The position numbers and the translations under genes were made by a program. Of a stretch of 5,280 bases of DNA, positions 1 to 5,280 are shown piece by piece (positions within the stretch are counted from its first letter, which is position 1; every line of letters starts with the position of its first letter). The stretch is from assembly GCA_002794465.1 (NCBI GenBank), contig MTSL01000041.1:41710-46989 (forward strand). Direction: 5' to 3'. The stretch is from Paramicrosporidium saccamoebae KSL3 (lineage: Eukaryota > Fungi > Cryptomycota). A model generated the notes under the pieces. That model did no database searches. It was not told the DNA's origin and saw only the letters and a program-made list of their open reading frames with translations.

Positions 1-373
1 CAAGAGAAGGGAATTTATTCAATTAATCCAACGACCCATTTATAGTCTCACAAATAACATAATCCTCAAATGGTAAAGATCTCATTATTCTTGATCGATT
101 GTTCTGGTTATCTCCTCTCCAAACTGGGAAACTATCTCCAAACACCCAACTAATCAGTCTTCTACGTCACATAGGCAAGGATTCGATTAAGGGCTTAATC
201 CTCTAACATGAGACTAATATCTAGTAAAGCCACCTTTGCTATTCCTGTGCATGGATTATATACACACCACGGGCCAGGGGACATGGAATCATTCGCAACC
301 CTGTTCCAGAGGAAGCCAACGATTTCTTGGGGGGCTGAGGGACCTGAATTATTTTTCAATACCCTCGACACAT

Positions 374-385
374 GATTGGCCAATC
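374..385. promoter_or_regulatory. Perfect 12-bp palindrome GATTGGCCAATC, equal to two back-to-back CCAAT boxes
   Basis: The sequence is directly visible and ends 54 nt upstream of the LITAF ATG. Function as an NF-Y/HAP site is inferred. Confidence 0.4.
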
Positions 386-438
386 TGATGGCTTGACAAC
401 GTGACCCACCCCCCTGTCCCTTTCTAGTTATCAGCATA

Positions 439-735
439 ATGCACCCGCACACACCCAGCTCTCCCATGATGATGGCACCTCCACCGATGGTCATGATGCA
501 AACTCCAGAACCGACTGAACACCCGATGTACGTAACTTGTGGACGATGCCACAACGTGGTTACGACCAAGACCAAATATATGGCTGGGCCTGGTACATTC
601 CTGGCGTCTTTTGTGGGACTATTATTTGCTGCTTGCTGCGGCTGTCTGTGGCCGTTCTGCTGTAAAGCGGTGAAGGATGTGCAACATAACTGTCCTGTAT
701 GCGACCACGTCCTTGGAGTGTATACGAGATTATAA
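439..735 (+). CDS. LITAF: LITAF-domain (LITAF/SIMPLE-like zinc ribbon) membrane-associated protein, 98 aa
   Basis: CxxC knuckle (VTCGRCH), then a hydrophobic Cys-rich segment (GTFLASFVGLLFAACCGCLWPFCC), then an HxCxxC knuckle (VQHNCPVC) and C-terminal LGVYTRL. This is the canonical LITAF domain layout, preceded by a short Pro/Met-rich leader. ATG 439, TAA 733-735. A small upstream exon cannot be excluded. Confidence 0.9.
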   Translation: MHPHTPSSPMMMAPPPMVMMQTPEPTEHPMYVTCGRCHNVVTTKTKYMAGPGTFLASFVGLLFAACCGCLWPFCCKAVKDVQHNCPVCDHVLGVYTRL

Positions 736-903
736 GTGAGAGAATCGCTTGAATGTCATAGATGCGTTTATTAGTTATTACATAAAGGTCAGCTTTTAAC
801 AGCATGTTCAGGTTGCGAGTTGATAAAGTGCGACTCTATAAACAAGCCTATAGACAACGTGTAACTCTATAAACCGATGCGATCATTAACAGATGCACCT
901 AAT

Positions 904-966
904 CAACCATACCAACCGTATCAGTCGTGTCAACCATATCAACCGTATAAACCATATCAACCCCGC
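904..966 (+). repeat. Degenerate 9-bp tandem repeat, 7 units, consensus CAACCRTAT
   Basis: CAACCATAC CAACCGTAT CAGTCGTGT CAACCATAT CAACCGTAT AAACCATAT CAACCCCGC, ending 7 nt from the glucosidase II stop codon. Confidence 0.9.
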
Positions 967-973
967 CAACTAT

Positions 974-3612
974 TCAGCTTAGCGCAGACACTGCAATTTT
1001 CCAGGCGGGATCTGTAAGCGGCACGGGACCAGTTTTGATGGTTAGCACCGAATGGATAAATTCAAAGTCCAATGCCGCAGTTCCAAGGACAACAGTCTCG
1101 GGCGGAGTGGCGAGTCCAACAATTATAACGCGCTCCAGAACGGCTGGCAGATGCGTTGCAGTACCGTGTACACCTTTTACAGCCAAGATATTGTCGATAT
1201 AGGCAAATTGAATGTCCAGGAATCCGCCATTGCGATAGTCAAAGGTGGAACCGTCGTCTATATACAGACGACCGTGAGCTTGCTGATCACCATCGAGGAA
1301 TACGGTGAGGGTAAAGGGGTCGTGTTGCATCAAAGAAGCTGATCGTCGCAAGCGACACCGTCTGGGAATGATCCTCCCGCCACGTGCAAAGATGGGAATG
1401 CGATCCATGACGACGGGGACAGTGACTTGACCCGCCAGCAGAATCCGTTCCTGGGAATGGTAATCATACCATATAGTGTCGGTGGGAAGGGAAATGTTGG
1501 TTGTTTGGACATTGGCATCGCCAATAGCCTTGACTAGCAGAGAATCACCCAACATGAATTGATCTTCCACTAATAACAGATCAGCTTGATTAGGGAATTC
1601 GACAAAGAGGGGCCTAAAGCGTCAGAAGAGGAGAAATGGTACCGATTGATGGGCAATCCACCCTGGGAAGAAGACTGTGCTAATGTGTAAATGTAAGGGA
1701 GTAGTTGATAGCGCAAAACGATGGCATCGCGGATATGGCGCCGGTATGGCTCTGGTGCCAGCCATGGCTCTCTTCGTTTGGTGTCAATATGGGCGTGGGC
1801 ACGGAAGAAGGGCTGCAGGGCGGCCAACTGATACCAACGGACGAGTAGTTGGGGATCGGGATTTCCAAAGAAGCCGCCCACATCGGCCCCCGCCAATGCC
1901 ATTCCCGTCATCCCGAGGGACAAGATCATAGGCACAGAAATGCGCAAATGAGAAAAGGCAGCCGCATTGTCACCGGTCCATATAAAGGCCGTACGATGAG
2001 TGCCGGCATAAAAGGCGCGGGTGAGGACAAAGGGTCTTCGAACGGAAGTGGCGAGACCGGTGTGGGTGGCCCATTGCTGATAATGGCCGTAGAGATTGTG
2101 CAAGTTTCGATGTTCCACCGCCTCGTTCGCTCCATGCAAATTGCTCTTGGGCATTGTAATCTCAGCGCTATTAAAGACGGACGGTTCATTCATGTCATTC
2201 CACACATATGTAGTATCTGTATAGCCAGGATAGCTTTTGGCATTGAACAGAGATTTCCACCACGTGCGTGTCAAGGGATTGGAAAAGTCTGGCCATACTG
2301 ATCGTCCTGGCCAACAATCGCCCTCAAAGACTTTTCCATCCTGTGTTGTCACTGCCAATTTGCGTTGCACCAGTTCGCGATAAACGACATAATTATCGTC
2401 CTTTTTGAGATGCGGATCCACAATGGTCACCAATTTGCGTCCCACCAATTGTTTTTGCATTCCCACAGGATCGGGGAAGGCATCCTTATTCCATGTAAAG
2501 TAGCGTTTTCCATCCGTGTGTTCAATGTCCAACCATAATACATCGGCTGGAATGTCATTGGCATCCAATTGCTCATTCACCTCTAACAGATCGTCCTCGT
2601 CCACATAGTTCCAACGACACTGATGATAACCCAATGCAAACAGCGGCGGTAATTGCGGCGTCCCTGTTACTTGATAGTATTGTGCCAATACGGTGGCAGC
2701 CGTTGGGCCATGGAAAAAGAACAGGTCCAAGATTCCTGCTTCACTCATAAAGTGCGTTTGACGGCCTACAGCGCTCGAGTCGGCCGTGTAAACATCAATC
2801 CACGTCTCTGATGGGTTGTTCCAGAACACTCCCGTCGTTGCAGCTTGGCCCGCCTGCACTCCTAACATGAAGGGGATGGCCCCATATAGTGCCATCGGGT
2901 TATCCAGTTCATATTCAAACACATCCAAATTGTACAGACGATATGGTTCCGTGTACTCGGACGGCGTCTCTCCAGTCGATCGGGTTGATTTGAGTAGTAA
3001 TGAAGTGGCGTGTTCCGGGATTCCCATCAGATGGGTTGCATCCATAAAGACAATATCCGCTCCCAGCGCCTGCAGTCCATGTGGTTGTGGATCGCTCCAT
3101 TGACCGAATCGCTCCTCCGTTGGTCCGGCTGTGGATTCGAAATTGAACATTCCCGCTCCATTCAATTCTATCAGTGGCTTTTCATTCTGCTCCACTGTCA
3201 GTTTGAAGGGCGTTGGGGTGATTCGGACCTGTACTCCCTCTGCCGCATATACTCCGTGTTTTGCAACAAAAGACACTGGAACCAACTGGTCTTCCAAGAC
3301 AATGTCGTTTGAGGGGATCCGATACCGAGTTGGCTTTCTTCCAACCTCATCTACCTGCAATCGCACCATCCCACCCTCATAGGCAATCAGTTTCGCGTCA
3401 AGAATAACATTTCCGTTCTTCAAGCTCCACCAAACTTCATTGGTCGAGTTTTCGGGTGTTGCGGGATGAAGCCGCACTTTGCTGGCCTCCCAATCTCCTG
3501 TAGCTCCGCGTAGTCGACTGCAAAAGCCGCTCTGCTGACACGTCTTAAAGTCGTGTCGTTTCACTGCCGTTGCCGGCACCGCCATGGCAACCAAGGCCAG
3601 TACCCACCTCAT
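974..3612 (-). CDS. GANAB: Glucosidase II alpha subunit (GH31, GANAB/ROT2/GLS2 orthologue); complement(join(974..1613,1643..3612)), 869 aa
   Basis: N-terminus MRWVLALVAMAVPATA-VKRHDFKTCQQSGFC (signal peptide plus the GII-alpha N-terminal motif). Other motifs: PYRLYNLDVFEY, LGYHQCRWNY, WLDIEHTDGKRYFTW, nucleophile motif WNDMNEPSVF (WNDMNE at 2185..2202), acid/base motif WTGDN (1966..1980), FFRAHAHIDTKRREPW. Removing 1614..1642 joins GLPINR to PLFVEFP...EDQFMLGDSLLV, restoring the expected sequence in frame to TGA 974-976. The track's starts at 3666 (TTG) and 1570 (GTG) are not real starts. There is no C-terminal HDEL/KDEL, as expected for the alpha subunit. Confidence 0.95.
1614..1642 (-). other. 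29-nt spliceosomal (GT-AG) intron, phase 2, in the glucosidase II alpha gene
   Basis: The minus strand reads CG|GTACCATTTCTCCTCTTCTGACGCTTTAG|GCCC: GT donor, pyrimidine tract, CTGAC branch site (branch A at -9, position 1622), TAG acceptor. Splicing exactly repairs the frameshift between the two GH31 ORFs. Confidence 0.9.
3565..3612 (-). other. Predicted ER signal peptide of glucosidase II alpha (about 16 aa)
   Basis: MRWVLALVAMAVPATA has a basic n-region, a hydrophobic core and A-T-A at -3..-1, followed by VKRHDFKTC. The cleavage site was judged by eye. Confidence 0.75.
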
Positions 3613-3749
3613 CCGTCCAACCCAAAGCGGCGTTATACTTTTATGGCATAAGGAGACCCTCTCCAAATCCGGACAGATTCATGCTAGCCCCGTAAATAAG
3701 TTTATTTCTGCGAGGTGAGTAATAAGACTGTTAAATAACATTCGCCCAT

Positions 3750-3756
3750 GATTGGC
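3750..3756 (-). promoter_or_regulatory. Candidate CCAAT box (GCCAATC) upstream of glucosidase II alpha; second copy at 3865..3871
   Basis: Matches the CCAAT core with typical flanks, about 140 and 255 nt upstream of the ATG, within the repeated 20-mer. Function is inferred. Confidence 0.35.
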
Positions 3757-3947
3757 AGTGGTGATCCCAGTGTATTGAGTGAGAGTGGGGTAGTCTATAA
3801 AGGCGCCACATGGTTTAGTAAAGCAATCCCCATTTATCGACCAACCCCATTAATGTCCGCTTAAGATTGGCAGTGGTGATCCCACTATCCAGCATGTTGA
3901 GGCTAAAGATCTATGAAGCGCCACATGCCTTTACCAAAAAATCCGCA
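3750..3947. repeat. Two-copy block-conserved direct repeat, 115-bp offset
   Basis: GATTGGCAGTGGTGATCCCA is identical at 3750..3769 and 3865..3884. GCGCCACATG is identical at 3803..3812 and 3918..3927. AATCCnCA lies at 3825..3832 and 3940..3947. All three blocks are offset by exactly 115. TCTATRAA occurs at 3794 and 3910 (offset 116). Confidence 0.9.
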
Positions 3948-3952
3948 CGTCA
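3946..3952 (-). promoter_or_regulatory. Candidate bZIP site TGACGTG (CRE/UPRE-like)
   Basis: The minus strand reads TGACGTGC about 335 nt upstream of an ER quality-control gene. It is only a 7-mer and could be chance. Confidence 0.2.
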
Positions 3953-3998
3953 ATGGACCTAGTATTTTATATCACAATTTCCGTATTGTACACCGAGT

Positions 3999-5054
3999 TT
4001 ATTCTATATTGCTCATATCAAACATGATCGGATTCTTGTCATCATGGGATTCTTCCAGCACTGGCGAAAATGCCAGTCGGGATTTATTCACCCGAAGCTC
4101 CTCCTTCATCCACAATTGCACCTTTTCCAGTCGTTCCCGCAACTCTGTCATACTCGGCAGAGTAATTGGGATGGGCTCCAATTTGTAATCTTCACACGAC
4201 GCAATAAATTTTGTCAGATCACTGTCTTCTTGCACCGTTCCCAGCGGCGAATTGAGCTTTTGCATTGATTTGGATCGCAGTGAGGTCTTACTCGAACCCA
4301 AACTCGTCCCAAACCGGAACGCATTCTCGTCGGAGACCATATTGGTGGGCGTCTTTCCCAGGACCGGAGTTAGATCCACATTTTCAAACGATCCGGGTCG
4401 AACACTGGTCGTAGATGTCGGCGGGGCCATTTCAAAACGACAATGCTTGCGGTAGGTAACATTGATGGTAATCCGTCCGTGTGGCGACCGCAGCGATGGA
4501 AGGGTTACCCTGGCAGTTGACTCGAACGTCCCCTCTCCCAAGATGGACTCTTCCAGGCCCACGCATTTCCCATCCAATCCAGTTCCGTTCTCCAGAACAC
4601 ACATGGACAGACCTGGAGTTGGTTTGGCGAGCGGCACAGGGCGGGTGGCACTGTGTAGTCGGTGTGCCGGAAGTAGCCGCGTCAGCGAATAAACTGTCCT
4701 TACCAGCTGCATGGCGTCTCGACTAAACTCCGCCAGGGAGACAGTCTCCTCTCCCGACTCCATTCCCAACGACCAACTCTCGAGCAGCACCGACCTTGCA
4801 GCAATCTCCACCATTGTTCCACTACTGGGTGACTCTACCAACATGCCCTCAGGTGACTCTAGCACTACGAGCAACGTGGCCGACGCCCCCGAGATGAGCG
4901 GACCAACTGACTCGAGATGGAACCCGTTATCCAGCTTGGGAGATTTGATAGTGCTGCGCGCAGCCTGAATAATGGAGCTTATTTTGGGAAGTAGACTCGA
5001 ATGCAGCAATTTGCAGCGGTCATCACAATCATGGATTCCACTCGAGGTTCTCAT
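3999..5054 (-). CDS. ATG13: Atg13-like autophagy protein (N-terminal HORMA domain plus short Ser/Thr-rich tail), 351 aa
   Basis: Single ORF from ATG 5054 to TAA 3999-4001, with an in-frame stop just upstream. Segments resemble the Atg13 HORMA domain in the right order: KISSIIQAAR, NGFHLE, VLLESWSL, LVRTVYSLTRLLPAHRL, SPHGRITINVTYRKHCRF. A low-complexity S/T/P region follows. Recognised by eye; needs HMM confirmation. Confidence 0.78.
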   Translation of the reverse strand: MRTSSGIHDCDDRCKLLHSSLLPKISSIIQAARSTIKSPKLDNGFHLESVGPLISGASATLLVVLESPEGMLVESPSSGTMVEIAARSVLLESWSLGMESGEETVSLAEFSRDAMQLVRTVYSLTRLLPAHRLHSATRPVPLAKPTPGLSMCVLENGTGLDGKCVGLEESILGEGTFESTARVTLPSLRSPHGRITINVTYRKHCRFEMAPPTSTTSVRPGSFENVDLTPVLGKTPTNMVSDENAFRFGTSLGSSKTSLRSKSMQKLNSPLGTVQEDSDLTKFIASCEDYKLEPIPITLPSMTELRERLEKVQLWMKEELRVNKSRLAFSPVLEESHDDKNPIMFDMSNIE

Positions 5055-5200
5055 CCCGCATATAAGAAATCCATTTCAGTGTTTCTTGACATTGTCTAGT
5101 AAGTTTTGTTAATTCTATCCACCATTGTGATTAGTGTCCTGTAGATAATTGCAATTATCAAGCTTACTGCCAATTTTGTTCATTATCTTTATTGATAGAC

Positions 5201-5228
5201 CCACTCACCACTCACCACCCACCACTGA
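5201..5228 (+). repeat. 7-bp tandem repeat x4 (CCACTCA consensus)
   Basis: CCACTCA CCACTCA CCACCCA CCACTGA, inside a C/A-rich tract that runs to a C9 homopolymer at 5272..5280. Confidence 0.85.
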
Positions 5229-5280
5229 CCCCATGATCCTCTATGAATCCTACCACCTACAACTAACCTCACCCCCCCCC

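Noticed and set aside
185-200. Short inverted repeats GATTAAG-GG-CTTAATC (185..200) and AAATAA-GT-TTATTT (3694..3707)
   Set aside because: Stems of 6-7 bp in AT-rich DNA are expected by chance, and bacterial-type terminators are irrelevant here.
208-427. Alternative LITAF first exon (ATG 208, donor 224, acceptor 427; or ATG 372, intron 401..434)
   Set aside because: Both are in frame but add only about 10 uninformative residues, with a 204-nt intron or a poor donor; unsupported without RNA data.
195-805. Minus ORFs 195..575 (contains PSAP) and 560..805
   Set aside because: Largely antisense to LITAF. The PSAP is on the wrong strand to belong to LITAF, and no family is recognisable.
1052-3382. 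Overlapping ORFs 1052..1342, 1330..1524, 1677..1931, 1680..1883, 1849..2301, 1926..2189, 2816..3103, 2915..3100, 3010..3312, 3131..3382
   Set aside because: All lie within the glucosidase II CDS (antisense or alternative frame) and have no recognisable motifs; expected shadow ORFs.
1570-3666. Treating the 698-aa and 198-aa ORFs as two genes, a programmed frameshift or a pseudogene
   Set aside because: A clean 29-nt GT-AG intron with a branch site restores one continuous GH31 protein, and the listed starts are TTG and GTG.
3712-3721. Strong plus-strand splice donor GAG|GTGAGTA (or U1-like 5' end ACTCACCT on the minus strand)
   Set aside because: No plus-strand gene or convincing acceptor follows, and the downstream sequence does not resemble U1.
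3750-3884. CRISPR array or C/D snoRNA interpretation of the 20-bp direct repeat
   Set aside because: Only two copies, a 95-nt spacer that is itself partly homologous, eukaryotic context with no cas genes, and no RTGATGA/CTGA box pair.
3863-3932. Resemblance of repeat copy 2 to U6 snRNA (AAGATTGGCAGTGG vs AAGATTAGCATGG; TGAAGCG) and of GGCTAAAGATC to U2
   Set aside because: No ACAGAGA box, the AGC triad is altered, the spacing is wrong (51 vs about 42 nt), and the U2 branch-pairing GTAGTA is absent.
3913-4968. Overlapping ORFs 3913..4188, 4044..4268, 4252..4455, 4462..4692, 4481..4726, 4711..4968
   Set aside because: Antisense or alternative-frame shadows of ATG13 with no recognisable features.

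Overview
This is compact eukaryotic genomic DNA, about 75% coding, with three supportable genes. (1) A short LITAF zinc-ribbon protein at 439..735 (+). (2) An ER glucosidase II alpha subunit (GH31) on the minus strand. The ORF track shows it as two ORFs, but it is one 869-aa gene split by a 29-nt GT-AG intron (1614..1642), with its real ATG at 3612. (3) A shortened Atg13-like HORMA protein at 3999..5054 (-). Most other ORFs in the track are antisense or alternative-frame shadows. The unexplained signals are intergenic: a two-copy, 115-bp-period block repeat upstream of glucosidase II, a 9-bp repeat reading (QPY)n in a small ORF between the convergent LITAF and glucosidase 3' ends, and a heptamer repeat at the right edge. 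Protein calls come from motif recognition by eye, not database searches. I cannot claim a new biological system here. The tiny intron, short spacers and trimmed proteins suggest a streamlined, possibly opisthokont genome (inference only).
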